Assembly (NCBI GenBank): GCA_022710185.1
Contig: JAKLHK010000001.1
Span: 632-64,631, forward strand
Source: Bacteroidota bacterium
GTDB lineage: Bacteria; Bacteroidota; Bacteroidia; Bacteroidales; JAGNHN01
DNA length: 64,000 nucleotides
Direction: 5' to 3'
This document shows, piece by piece, positions 20,098 through 29,635 of the stretch; within the stretch, counting starts at the first letter, position 1, and each line of letters starts with the position of its first letter. The notes under the pieces are model-generated. The model was not told the origin of the DNA, did no database searches, and saw nothing but the letters and a program-made list of their open reading frames with translations. Position numbers and translations under genes: made by a program.

Positions 20098-20733
20098 ATG
20101 AAAAAAACCATTGCATCCGTACTGTTGCTTTGCCTAATACCCCTAACCATGACCCTGGCCCAGAACGAAAAACGCACCCGGGTGCTCATCCAGACCGATC
20201 TGGGTGACATCACCGTAGAACTGTACAACGAAACCCCTCAGCACCGCGACAATTTCATCAAGCTGGTCAAAGAGGGCTATTATAACGGCTCAATTTTCCA
20301 CCGGGTCATCCGCCAGTTCATGATCCAAGGCGGGGGTGGAAAGAGCGGGAACGAAGATCCGGGCTATACCGTGCCGGCGGAATTCAACCCCAAATTCTAT
20401 CACAAGCGCGGGGCCCTGTGCGCTGCCCGTATGGGAGACCAGGTGAACCCCAGGAAGGCCAGCTCCGGCTCACAGTTTTACATCGTAGATGGCCGCACGT
20501 TTTCCCCTCCTGAGATCGAAGCCCTGGCTACGCGGGCCGGAAAGAGCTGGACGGAAGAGCAGAAAAAGGCTTACACCACCCAGGGCGGGGCTCCCCATCT
20601 GGATGGGGACTACACCGTTTATGGTGAGGTAGTCAGCGGGATGGAGGTGGTCGATAAGATTGCCGCAGTCCAGACCGGGGGCGCCAACCGGCCCCTGCAG
20701 GAAGTAAAAATGAGCATGAAGCTTCTCCCCTGA
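20098..20733 (+). CDS. Cyclophilin-type peptidyl-prolyl isomerase, secreted
   Basis: Frame of track ORF 19858..20733, started at MKKTIASVLLLCLIPLTMTLAQ. It has cyclophilin blocks FHRVIRQFMIQGG and SQFYIV. Confidence 0.85.
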   Translation: MKKTIASVLLLCLIPLTMTLAQNEKRTRVLIQTDLGDITVELYNETPQHRDNFIKLVKEGYYNGSIFHRVIRQFMIQGGGGKSGNEDPGYTVPAEFNPKFYHKRGALCAARMGDQVNPRKASSGSQFYIVDGRTFSPPEIEALATRAGKSWTEEQKKAYTTQGGAPHLDGDYTVYGEVVSGMEVVDKIAAVQTGGANRPLQEVKMSMKLLP

Positions 20734-20741
20734 GCGCGGAT

Positions 20742-21761
20742 ATGAAAGACAAAGTTGCCGGATACCTGGGCGAGATTGCAGCGGTCCGCATCGACAGCCA
20801 TGAAGCACTGGAGGCTTACCGGCTGAAGTACCTTTCCCGCAAGGGTGTGGTCCAGCAGCTTTTTGCCGAGTTCAAGACTGTGGCCCCGGAACAGCGCAGG
20901 GAGATGGGCGTCCTGCTCAATGAGCTGAAGGAGAAGGCCCAGGAACGCTTTGATGCGCTGAAGGAGGCCCTGGAGCGCAGTGCACAACCCAGCGGCCCCG
21001 CCACCGATTTCTCCCGCCCTGCCATTCAGCACCCCCTGGGCAGCCGTCACCCCATCGCCATTGTGCGCAACCAGGTCGACGAGATTTTCACCCGGCTGGG
21101 ATTCGTGGTCAGTGAAGGCCCCGAAATCGAAGACGACTGGCATAATTTCTCCGCCCTCAACTTCGCCCCGGAACATCCGGCCCGGGACATGCAGGACACC
21201 TTTTTCATCCACCGTGATCCCGAAGTGCTGCTGCGCACCCATACCAGCTCGGTACAGGTGAGGGTCATGAGCTCCCAGGCCCCGCCCATACGCACCATTT
21301 CACCCGGCAGGGTCTTCCGCAACGAAGCCATCTCAGCCCGGGCCCATGTCATCTTCCATCAGGTAGAAGGACTATACATCGACAAAGGCGTATCCTTCGC
21401 CGACCTGAGGCAAACCCTACTGTATTTCGCCCGCGAGATGTTCGGGGAAGAGACACGGATAAGGCTCCGTCCTTCTTACTTCCCCTTCACAGAACCTTCA
21501 GCGGAGATGGACATCTCCTGTTCATGCAAGGGCGCCGGATGCCGCATCTGCAAATACACCGGCTGGGTAGAGATTCTGGGCTGTGGAATGGTGGACCCCG
21601 CCGTACTGGCCAATTGCGGTATCGACCCGGAAGTATACAGCGGATATGCCTTTGGGATGGGTATTGAGCGCATGACGCTCGTCAAGTACAATGTGAACGA
21701 CCTGAGGCTTTTCTTCGAGAACGATATCCGTTTCCTCAGGCAGTTCACCGGTGTAAGCTGA
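20742..21761 (+). CDS. pheS: Phenylalanine--tRNA ligase alpha subunit
   Basis: 339 aa with class II aaRS motifs (FRNEAISARAH, GFAFGMGIERM) and the PheS N-terminal coiled coil. Confidence 0.92.
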   Translation: MKDKVAGYLGEIAAVRIDSHEALEAYRLKYLSRKGVVQQLFAEFKTVAPEQRREMGVLLNELKEKAQERFDALKEALERSAQPSGPATDFSRPAIQHPLGSRHPIAIVRNQVDEIFTRLGFVVSEGPEIEDDWHNFSALNFAPEHPARDMQDTFFIHRDPEVLLRTHTSSVQVRVMSSQAPPIRTISPGRVFRNEAISARAHVIFHQVEGLYIDKGVSFADLRQTLLYFAREMFGEETRIRLRPSYFPFTEPSAEMDISCSCKGAGCRICKYTGWVEILGCGMVDPAVLANCGIDPEVYSGYAFGMGIERMTLVKYNVNDLRLFFENDIRFLRQFTGVS

Positions 21762-21820
21762 TCTTACCCAGCGGGTTCATGCTTTTTTCCCATCCAAGGA
21801 TTTAGTATCTTTAGGGTGAG

Positions 21821-24163
21821 ATGATGATGACCCGAATGCGAATCTATATCCTTTGTGTTCTTGGGTGGACCCTATGGCAAGGCCCGGTCTACGCACAGCG
21901 CCAGGGCTGGGAAAATCTGGGACGTGGTCTGAATACCATGCATGCCAGTTTTTGGCTGGAACGGGCCTATCTTCACACCGACCGTACCCTATACCAGGCC
22001 GGAGAGACCGTGTGGTTCAAAGCATGGCACACCCTTGGACCCCTGCATCACCCTTCCGGGGGCCATGTCGTACTCACCCTTGATCTCATCGGGCCTGACC
22101 ATCAGGTGAAGCAAACCCACCTGCTGCGCACCGACGAAGGGATGGCTTGTGGTTCCTTCCTGCTGCCAGACACCATTCCTGAGGGTATCTATGCGCTGGA
22201 GCTTCGGTCTGCCCGGATGAAGGACGCTCCTTTGTCCGGGGCTTACACCATGGACATCCATGTAGTAAGCCCGCTCAACAGTTTTCACAGCCGCAAGCAT
22301 AGCCGGAAAGCCCATACGGCCGGGCTCAGTGTGGAGTTCAGCCCGGAAGGCGGCCCTCTGCTGAAGGGGAAGGATCGCAGGCTCGGATTCAGGGTCACCG
22401 ACGGCTTTGGAAGGGGAGTGGAAACGGATTATCGCATTACGGAAGGTAAGCACAGCCCGTCGCCCTGGTTAGAACACACCAGGTTTAACGGCATGGCCCG
22501 GACAAGGCTGCGACCGGAAGAAGGCAAACAATACTGGCTTGAGCTGAGAGACCATGAAGGTAAAGTCCTGCGCTTCCGTATCCCCCCGGCCCAGTCTACC
22601 GGTGCGGCCCTCAGCCTGGATAACCGGCCAGATGAGCTGCTGGTCCGGCTGGATGCTGTCGGGATGAAAGGGCCCTATCTGGTCCTGGTCCAGGACATGG
22701 CAGGATTGCGGGCCTCCCGTGAACTGCCTTCGGATAGCGGCGGGGCCTTTAGTATTTCTACCCTGCACTTCAGCCCCGGTCTGATCCTGGTGACTGCCTT
22801 CGATGTCCTTGGGCGACCGTTGAGCGAGCGCAGGGCATTCCACGGCCTGCGACAACTCTATATGGCCGCCCCTGTGGTCGACATCGTTCCCGGTACCGAC
22901 AGCCTCACCCTCCGCATCCCAATCCCTGACGCCAATGCGTTCGGGCAGGGTGCCGCCTCCCTTTCCATCACTACCCTGCCTGAAGCCGGCAGTCCCTGGC
23001 TGAGCCCTGACCCACCTACCCTTCTGGCCGGCCTCTTTCTCCAGCCCTTGCTTGCCCCTGCATTGGAACAGCCCGGCTGGTATTTCAGCGGTTCTCCTGA
23101 AGCGGATGAGGCCCTGGACGAAATGCTGATGACCCTGGGCTGGAGCCGCTTTAGCTGGAATGACCTGGCCAGGGGAGTGTCCCCTCCTCTTCCGCCGGAT
23201 AACCCCAGTGAACTAAGCCTGCGGGGGAAGGTGACCCGAATGCTCCTGGACCTGCCCGCAGAAGGCAGTATAGTGAAAATGACGGTGATGGACCGTCACT
23301 TCGACCAGTTTACGGATACTGCGGATGCTCAGGGGCGCTTCAGTTTCGGGGGCCTGGTGTATGAAGACACCATCAGGGTCCTGCTTGAGGCCCGGCTGCC
23401 CGACGGAAGGTCACAAGTACTAATTGAGGCCGAAGGAGCCCTGAATGCCCCGACCCTGGTCCCCAGCCGCTTCGCCAGGCCCCAGCCTTACCGGGAGAAT
23501 GAGATCCTGGCCCTGGACAGGCAATACTTGCAGCGGGAGCGGGGTAACCCGCGCAGTGTCCGCGGAAGGACCGGCATCCACAGGGAAGCCGACTATATTG
23601 TACGGTTTGATGAAAAGACCCCTCGTTACACCAGTCCGCTCGAAGCCCTGGTTAATGTTCCAGGCGTTGATGTTCAAGGCAGTGGGATTAATACCCGGGT
23701 GAGCATACGCGGCAACTCCACCATACTGCTCAGCAACGACCCGCTCTATGTTGTCGACGGGGTGCCGGTTGACCGGTACACGGTCAACTCCCTCGATGCC
23801 GGGGAGGTTGACCGGATCGAAGTGCTCAGTGGCACCCGTGCCGCCATATATGGCCTTAGGGGAGGCCAAGGTGTCGTTGCCATTTTCACGCGCCGCGGCA
23901 GCGGGATGAAGCCAGGGGAGCTTTCGCTTAAGATCCTGGGCTTTACGGGCTGCAAGGAGTTTCATCCCGGCCCTCCAGCCGCTGCAATGGAGCAGGGCAT
24001 TCCCCGTACCCTGGCCTGGTTCCCCCGCCTCAGCCCTGGCCCTGACGGAACGCTCCAGGTGAGGATACCGCTGCCCTCCGCTGGAACAGCCATGGAATAC
24101 CGAGTGGAGGCCCTCGGTCCCCAAGGCATGATTTTCAGCACCGGCCTGCGCCCGCTCCCATAG
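21821..24163 (+). CDS. Secreted large protein with a C-terminal TonB-receptor Plug-like domain but no barrel
   Basis: 780 aa with a signal peptide and an N-terminal YLHTDRTLYQAGETVWFKAW (MG2/macroglobulin-like) motif. A Plug-like block (VSIRGNSTILLSNDPLYVVDGVPVD...VDRIEVLSGTRAAIYGLRGGQGVVAIFTRRG) lies about 90 aa from the C-terminus. Confidence 0.65.
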   Translation: MMMTRMRIYILCVLGWTLWQGPVYAQRQGWENLGRGLNTMHASFWLERAYLHTDRTLYQAGETVWFKAWHTLGPLHHPSGGHVVLTLDLIGPDHQVKQTHLLRTDEGMACGSFLLPDTIPEGIYALELRSARMKDAPLSGAYTMDIHVVSPLNSFHSRKHSRKAHTAGLSVEFSPEGGPLLKGKDRRLGFRVTDGFGRGVETDYRITEGKHSPSPWLEHTRFNGMARTRLRPEEGKQYWLELRDHEGKVLRFRIPPAQSTGAALSLDNRPDELLVRLDAVGMKGPYLVLVQDMAGLRASRELPSDSGGAFSISTLHFSPGLILVTAFDVLGRPLSERRAFHGLRQLYMAAPVVDIVPGTDSLTLRIPIPDANAFGQGAASLSITTLPEAGSPWLSPDPPTLLAGLFLQPLLAPALEQPGWYFSGSPEADEALDEMLMTLGWSRFSWNDLARGVSPPLPPDNPSELSLRGKVTRMLLDLPAEGSIVKMTVMDRHFDQFTDTADAQGRFSFGGLVYEDTIRVLLEARLPDGRSQVLIEAEGALNAPTLVPSRFARPQPYRENEILALDRQYLQRERGNPRSVRGRTGIHREADYIVRFDEKTPRYTSPLEALVNVPGVDVQGSGINTRVSIRGNSTILLSNDPLYVVDGVPVDRYTVNSLDAGEVDRIEVLSGTRAAIYGLRGGQGVVAIFTRRGSGMKPGELSLKILGFTGCKEFHPGPPAAAMEQGIPRTLAWFPRLSPGPDGTLQVRIPLPSAGTAMEYRVEALGPQGMIFSTGLRPLP

Positions 24164-24182
24164 GAATCGCATAGGATTTGGC

Positions 24183-24190
24183 TATCTTTG
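24183..24190 (+). promoter_or_regulatory. -7 box TATCTTTG
   Basis: TAnnTTTG match 33 nt upstream of the ATG at 24223. Confidence 0.45.
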
Positions 24191-24222
24191 CCCTCATCCA
24201 TCCATCAGAAAAAAAGCAACCC

Positions 24223-25209
24223 ATGGATCTCAGTACCACTTACCTCGGATTGAAGCTCAAGAACCCCCTGATTGCCGGTAGTTCAGGCCTCACCAATTCC
24301 CTCGACGACCTGAAAAAGATCGAAGCCCAGGGCGCCGCCGCCGTGGTGCTCAAGTCCATTTTCGAAGAAGAGATCGTGATGGAGCTGGAAGAGACCTTCA
24401 GCCAGATGAGCTCCCAGGGTTTCATCTACCCTGAAACGATGGAATACTTCGATTATGACTCCATCGAAGACACCCTCTCTCGCTACCTCAAGCTCATCAG
24501 CGATGCCAAGAAGGAGCTGAGCATCCCGGTCATCGCCAGCATCAACTGCGTCACTGCCCAGAAATGGACCACCTTTGCGCATGACATACAGGAAGCCGGC
24601 GCCGATGCCATTGAGCTTAACGCCTTCATCCTGCCCTCCGATTTCAACCGCAGCACGGAAGACTTCGAGCAGGTCTATTTCGATATCGTCAGTGAGGTTA
24701 AGAAACAGGTCAGCATCCCGGTGAGCCTCAAGGTGGGGTATTTCTTCAGCAACCTCGGGCCCTTTCTCCAGAAACTGAGCCACAGCGGGGTGGATGGTCT
24801 GGTCCTGTTCAACCGTTTCTACCATCCGGATGTAGACATAGACAAGATGATCATCACGGCGAGCAATGTGCTGAGCTCTCCTGATGAGTTGTCCACCTCC
24901 CTCCGATGGATCGCTATACTCTCGGAGCGGGTGGGCTGCGACCTGGCCGCCTCCACCGGCATCCACGACGGCGGCGCCATCGTGAAGCAGATCCTGGCCG
25001 GGGCCCAGGCCGTGCAGGTAGCTTCCGCCCTCTACAAGAACGGCTTCGGACATATCGAGCAAATGCTTTCCCAGCTTGAGGACTGGATGGAGGCCCACGA
25101 CTACCACAGCCTCGACCGCTTCCGTGGCAAGCTGAGCCAGAGCCGCAGCAAGAACCCTGCAGCTTACGAGCGCGTGCAGTTCATGAAGTACTTCCGAGAT
25201 CGGTCCTGA
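24223..25209 (+). CDS. Dihydroorotate dehydrogenase-like (class 1 DHOD/DHPD family) flavoprotein
   Basis: Frame of track ORF 24178..25209, started at MDLSTTYLGLKLKNPLIAGSSGL. It follows the TIM-barrel DHOD family pattern. Confidence 0.7.
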   Translation: MDLSTTYLGLKLKNPLIAGSSGLTNSLDDLKKIEAQGAAAVVLKSIFEEEIVMELEETFSQMSSQGFIYPETMEYFDYDSIEDTLSRYLKLISDAKKELSIPVIASINCVTAQKWTTFAHDIQEAGADAIELNAFILPSDFNRSTEDFEQVYFDIVSEVKKQVSIPVSLKVGYFFSNLGPFLQKLSHSGVDGLVLFNRFYHPDVDIDKMIITASNVLSSPDELSTSLRWIAILSERVGCDLAASTGIHDGGAIVKQILAGAQAVQVASALYKNGFGHIEQMLSQLEDWMEAHDYHSLDRFRGKLSQSRSKNPAAYERVQFMKYFRDRS

Positions 25210-25323
25210 TCACCGACGGCCTTCCGATCCCGTCAGCCCTGGAACCCCGACCCCGCCTTTTTCAATGGCCAGGCGTTGATTGGGATCTTCCGGGAAGAAG
25301 GTGCCATCATCCGCTTCCATTGC

Positions 25324-25331
25324 TATCTTTG
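25324..25331 (+). promoter_or_regulatory. -7 box TATCTTTG
   Basis: TAnnTTTG match 19 nt upstream of the ATG at 25350. Confidence 0.45.
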
Positions 25332-25349
25332 GAAAGCCAAGCCATTCCT

Positions 25350-26972
25350 ATGCGTCGATCTACCCTCCTGCTGCTCTCCCTGGCTTCCGGGCTGATGCTC
25401 AGCCTTGCCTGGCCGGCCGGCGGTTTCCCGGGCCTGCTCTTCATCGCCATGGTGCCCCTGCTATATCTTGAGGACCATGTAAGCGAACACCCCCACAACT
25501 ACCATGGGTACACCGTCTTCCTAAACAGCTGGCTGGCCTTCTTCCTTTTCAACCTGCTCACTACCTGGTGGATCAGCAACTCCACGCTATTCGGGGCGGT
25601 GATGGCCGTTGTACTCAATTCCATCCTGATGGCCCTCACGTTCCATATCTACCACCTTTCTAAGCGCAGCATTTTCGGCGCCGGCAGGGGGCACTGGCTG
25701 CTTGCCGCGTACTGGATGAGCTGGGAGTTTTTCCACCTTGATTGGGACCTTTCCTGGTCGTGGCTCAACCTGGGCAACGGCTTTGCCTCCGTCCCCTCCT
25801 GGGTGCAGTGGTACGAGTACACCGGCGCTTTCGGCGGAACACTCTGGGTAATCCTGGCCAATATTCTGATATACCGTTCAGTCAATGAGGCCCGCCGCAG
25901 CGGATACCGCCATGCCAGGCCATGGATCCTGAGCACCCTGGCCCTGTTGACCGTGGTGCTGCCCCTGCTCTGGTCGCTCTGGCGCTATAACCATTGGACA
26001 GACCAGGGACTTCCGGTTGAAGTTGTGGTGACGCAACCCAATATCGACCCCTATAAGGAACAATACGAGATCCCCGTGGAGGAATCGGCCTTCCGAAACC
26101 TTCGTTTAGCCAACGAATTGATGGATAGCACGGTAGACTATCTGGTCTGTCCTGAGTCCAGCCTGCAGGAGAACCTTTGGGAGGGCGAAATCGAGAGTTC
26201 CCTGAGCTACCGTATCCTTAGTGATTACATGGCCCCCTGGCCACGGCTGAAAGTAGTGATCGGGGCTTCCAGCTTTACCCGTTACCGTGAAGGGGAAGCG
26301 CTGTCGCCCACCGTGCGCTGGCACAAAGCCCAGCAGTTCTGGTATGACGCCCACAATGCCGCGCTCTTCGTCGAACAGGGGCGCAAGGTGGAGACCTATC
26401 ATAAATCGGTGCTTGTACCCGGGGTGGAGAAGATGCCATTCCGAAAATACCTTACATTCATGGAAGGCCTGGCCATTGACCTGGGGGGTACGGTAGGCAG
26501 CATAGCACCCTATGCCGTGCGCAAGGTGGTGGTACCGCTTGACGGTTCCCCTCCTGTGGCAACTGCCATCTGTTATGAATCGGCTTACGGGGGGTTTTTC
26601 AGTGGCTTTGTGCGCAACGGCGCTGAGCTGATGTTCATCATCACCAACGACGGATGGTGGGGGAATACCGCAGGGCACCGCCAGCACCTGACCTTCGCTT
26701 CGCTAAGGGCCATCGAGAACCGCCGCAGTATTGCACGCTCAGCCAATACCGGCATTTCCGCTTTCGTAAATCAACGGGGTGATATTCTCCAAGCCACGCC
26801 CTACTGGGAACCCGCCGTGATCCGTGGTACGCTTCCCGCCAACAGTCAAAAGACGTTCTACACCATCCAGGGGGATTACCTGGCCCGCATCGCCGCCTTC
26901 GTTACGGCCTTCATGCTGTTGATCAGCATAACGCAGGGAATATTGAAGCGGAGAAGGAAGGGGGATTTGTGA
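25350..26972 (+). CDS. lnt: Apolipoprotein N-acyltransferase
   Basis: Frame of track ORF 25320..26972, started at MRRSTLLLLSLASG. It has N-terminal TM helices plus a C-terminal nitrilase/CN-hydrolase domain (ICYESAYG, NDGWWG). Confidence 0.85.
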   Translation: MRRSTLLLLSLASGLMLSLAWPAGGFPGLLFIAMVPLLYLEDHVSEHPHNYHGYTVFLNSWLAFFLFNLLTTWWISNSTLFGAVMAVVLNSILMALTFHIYHLSKRSIFGAGRGHWLLAAYWMSWEFFHLDWDLSWSWLNLGNGFASVPSWVQWYEYTGAFGGTLWVILANILIYRSVNEARRSGYRHARPWILSTLALLTVVLPLLWSLWRYNHWTDQGLPVEVVVTQPNIDPYKEQYEIPVEESAFRNLRLANELMDSTVDYLVCPESSLQENLWEGEIESSLSYRILSDYMAPWPRLKVVIGASSFTRYREGEALSPTVRWHKAQQFWYDAHNAALFVEQGRKVETYHKSVLVPGVEKMPFRKYLTFMEGLAIDLGGTVGSIAPYAVRKVVVPLDGSPPVATAICYESAYGGFFSGFVRNGAELMFIITNDGWWGNTAGHRQHLTFASLRAIENRRSIARSANTGISAFVNQRGDILQATPYWEPAVIRGTLPANSQKTFYTIQGDYLARIAAFVTAFMLLISITQGILKRRRKGDL

Positions 26973-27038
26973 TGCTTCGGAATGCGCAGTATGGCTTTCT
27001 GAAGCCTGGCGTATAAGGCGGTTACAGCTGAGGGACTC

Positions 27039-28079
27039 CTATTTTCCGTCCCGGCACTGAAGGTGGAGGTATTCACGATTGGCAGTACAGAACCCACGAA
27101 CGTTTTTCAAGGTATCTTCCAGAGAATAAAAGGAATACTTCAACAGTTCGCTAATTTTCCCATTGTCGTAGGCCGCGGTGATGTAGGCATTATGTGCAGT
27201 TTCGCGGGTTAGCTCGGGGTTGATACGCAACAGGAAGCTGATCACGGCATTGAAGCGCCAGATTGCCTTCAGGCCGAAGGCCGGCACCTTGAAGCGGGGA
27301 GGGCGGGTGCCCAGGATACGGGCGGTAGTGCTAAACACTTCGAGGTAGGAACTGTTGGCCCCGGAGACCACAAAACGCTGGCTACTGGTGCCTTGTTCCA
27401 TCAGGATAACCATAATTCGCACCACATCGCGCACATCAACAAAGCCATTGGCCCCGGGCGGATAGAAGGACAGGCCTTTCTCCATGGCCGAGAAGAGCCG
27501 GCATGAGGCCTTGTGGGGCTCTCCCGGGCCCAGGATCACGCTGGGGTTCACGATTACGGCATTCAGGCCTTCTTCAATGCCCCTCCACACTTCGCGTTCC
27601 GCTGCAAACTTCGACAGTCCGTAAGGGGAATGCCTCACCCCGCTGTTCCATGGCGTGCGCTCATCCACGGGGCGCCCATCCTCACTGGTACCCAGGGCGG
27701 CGATAGAACTGACATGACACAATCTTTTTACTCCGTGCTGCAGGCAGGCATCCACCACATTGGCGGTACCGCGGATGTTTACAGAGCCGATCAGCGGATA
27801 ATCGGAACGTCGGAAGGACACGAAAGCAGCGCAGTGGTATACCTCCTCTATGCCTTTCAGGGCTTCGTCGAGGGATGAAGGGTCGCAAACATCCCCATCT
27901 ACCCACTGGATGCGCCCGAACATTTCCGGCCGGTCAGGAAAATACCAGCGGAATATCCGACAGACGTTGTCGAGGCGGGAGCCCGGCCGGCGAATGGCCC
28001 GCACCTCTTTCCCGCGGCCCAGCAGTTCGATGAGCAAGTGGGAGCCGACCAAACCCGTACCACCGGTTACCAGTACCAT
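27039..28079 (-). CDS. NAD-dependent epimerase/dehydratase (SDR) family protein
   Basis: Track ORF 27039..28142 (TTG start). I start at MVLVTGGTGLVGSHL (ATG 28079) because a perfect -7 box lies at 28098-28105, inside the longer version. It has the Rossmann motif GGTGLVG. Confidence 0.8.
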   Translation of the reverse strand: MVLVTGGTGLVGSHLLIELLGRGKEVRAIRRPGSRLDNVCRIFRWYFPDRPEMFGRIQWVDGDVCDPSSLDEALKGIEEVYHCAAFVSFRRSDYPLIGSVNIRGTANVVDACLQHGVKRLCHVSSIAALGTSEDGRPVDERTPWNSGVRHSPYGLSKFAAEREVWRGIEEGLNAVIVNPSVILGPGEPHKASCRLFSAMEKGLSFYPPGANGFVDVRDVVRIMVILMEQGTSSQRFVVSGANSSYLEVFSTTARILGTRPPRFKVPAFGLKAIWRFNAVISFLLRINPELTRETAHNAYITAAYDNGKISELLKYSFYSLEDTLKNVRGFCTANREYLHLQCRDGK

Positions 28080-28097
28080 CCTGTGCGTGTTGTCTGA

Positions 28098-28105
28098 CAA
28101 AGATA
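28098..28105 (-). promoter_or_regulatory. -7 box TATCTTTG (minus strand) for the epimerase gene
   Basis: CAAAGATA on the plus strand, 19 nt upstream of the ATG at 28079. Confidence 0.5.
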
Positions 28106-28122
28106 CGATCCGCCTCATTCCG

Positions 28123-28130
28123 TATCTTTG
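28123..28130 (+). promoter_or_regulatory. -7 box TATCTTTG for tyrS
   Basis: TAnnTTTG match 28 nt upstream of the ATG at 28158. It is the mirror image of the box at 28098-28105. Confidence 0.5.
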
Positions 28131-28157
28131 CCCCTCGATCAATAATTCCGCTGAAGG

Positions 28158-29438
28158 ATGAACTTAGCTGAAGAACTGCGCTGGCGCGGCATGGTGCATG
28201 ACATGATGCCGGGAACGGAGGAACTGCTGCAGAAAGAGAGAGTAACAGGGTATGTAGGCATCGATCCCACAGCGGATTCCCTGCATATCGGTCACCTGGT
28301 CGGTATAATGCTGCTGAAACATCTGCAGCGACACGGTCACAAACCCGTCGCCCTCATAGGCGGGGCCACCGGGATGATCGGCGACCCCTCCGGAAAATCC
28401 GAAGAACGCAACCTCCTCAGTGAGGAGACCCTCCGGCATAATCAGGAAAGCCTGAGAAAACAACTGGTCCGCTTCCTGGATTTCGAGGCCGTAGAGAATC
28501 CGGCAGAACTGGTCAATAATTATGACTGGATGAAGGAGTTCTCCTTCCTGGGTTTTCTTCGTGATGTAGGTAAGCACCTCAGTGTGAACTACATGATGGC
28601 AAAGGACAGCGTGCAGAAGCGGCTGGAGACCGGCTTATCCTTCACGGAGTTCAGCTACCAGCTGGTGCAGGGCTACGATTTCCTCTGGCTATACCAGCAT
28701 AAGGGTTGCAAGCTGCAGATGGGCGGCTCTGACCAGTGGGGCAACATCGTTACAGGCACCGAACTGATCCGCCGCAAGACCGGAGGGGAGGCCTTCGCGC
28801 TCACCTGCCCGCTCATCACCAAGGCCGATGGGGGGAAATTCGGCAAGACGGAACAGGGCAACGTCTGGCTTGATCCTGAAAAGACCTCTCCTTACGCCTT
28901 TTATCAGTTCTGGCTCAACGCAAGCGACGAGGACGCGAAAAAGTGGGTGCGCATCTTCTCGGTAAAAGACCAGGAATTCCTCCTGGCCTTAGAGGCGGAA
29001 CATGATAAGGCTCCGCACCTGAGGACACTGCAAAAGGCGCTGGCCGAGGAGCTTACCGTTGCGGTCCATTCCGCCGAAGACCTGCGCCAGGCCCAGGAAG
29101 CCTCCGCCATACTCTTTGGCCAGGGCACCACGGAAGCCCTCCGGAGCCTGCCGGAGAAAATGCTGCTCAGTGTGTTTGAGGGCGTGCCGCAAAGCACTGT
29201 TCCGTCGGCGCTGTTGCATCCCGGGATCCCTGTGGTGGACTTTCTCAGCGAAGTCACCGGCATTTTCCCCTCCAAGGGTGAAGCCCGCCGCATGCTGAAA
29301 GACAACGGGGTTTCCATCAATAAGGAAAAAGTTCAGGAAGAAACCCTGATGGATACTACTTTCCTTCTGCAGAAAAAATACATCCTGGTTCAGAAAGGAA
29401 AAAAGAACTACTTCCTGGTCAGGGTATCGGGGGAATGA
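28158..29438 (+). CDS. tyrS: Tyrosine--tRNA ligase
   Basis: 426 aa with HIGH (DSLHIGH), KMSKS-type KFGKT and a C-terminal S4 domain. Confidence 0.93.
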   Translation: MNLAEELRWRGMVHDMMPGTEELLQKERVTGYVGIDPTADSLHIGHLVGIMLLKHLQRHGHKPVALIGGATGMIGDPSGKSEERNLLSEETLRHNQESLRKQLVRFLDFEAVENPAELVNNYDWMKEFSFLGFLRDVGKHLSVNYMMAKDSVQKRLETGLSFTEFSYQLVQGYDFLWLYQHKGCKLQMGGSDQWGNIVTGTELIRRKTGGEAFALTCPLITKADGGKFGKTEQGNVWLDPEKTSPYAFYQFWLNASDEDAKKWVRIFSVKDQEFLLALEAEHDKAPHLRTLQKALAEELTVAVHSAEDLRQAQEASAILFGQGTTEALRSLPEKMLLSVFEGVPQSTVPSALLHPGIPVVDFLSEVTGIFPSKGEARRMLKDNGVSINKEKVQEETLMDTTFLLQKKYILVQKGKKNYFLVRVSGE

Positions 29439-29517
29439 TTGCTGCCTGCCAGCAGACCAAATTCATTGCATATTTCTCATGGCGCAGTGCTCATGGTTAA
29501 TGCGCATTGAGCAATAT

Positions 29518-29554
29518 CCGGGCTGGCTCGCGTCGCAGACGCTCGCCAGCCCGG
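29518..29554. other. GC-rich 15/17-bp hairpin between convergent tyrS and cysS
   Basis: Arms CCGGGCTGGCTCGCGTC / GACGCTCGCCAGCCCGG. No T-run follows it in either orientation; an A-run follows on the plus strand. Confidence 0.4.
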
Positions 29555-29592
29555 AGAAAAAAAGTCCTAAGGTAAAGTCTTCGGATAGAAAT

Positions 29593-29610
29593 CAGCATTC
29601 TATACTGCTG
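29593..29610 (-). terminator. Possible cysS terminator hairpin
   Basis: CAGCA-8 nt-TGCTG stem-loop followed on the minus strand by ATTTCTAT. It is weak. Confidence 0.3.
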
Positions 29611-29635
29611 AAAATCAGAGATCAAAAATCAGATA

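Noticed and set aside
28080-28142. The TTG start at 28142 for the epimerase gene.
   Set aside because: It lies upstream of the perfect minus-strand -7 box at 28098-28105 and adds 21 non-conserved residues before the Rossmann motif.
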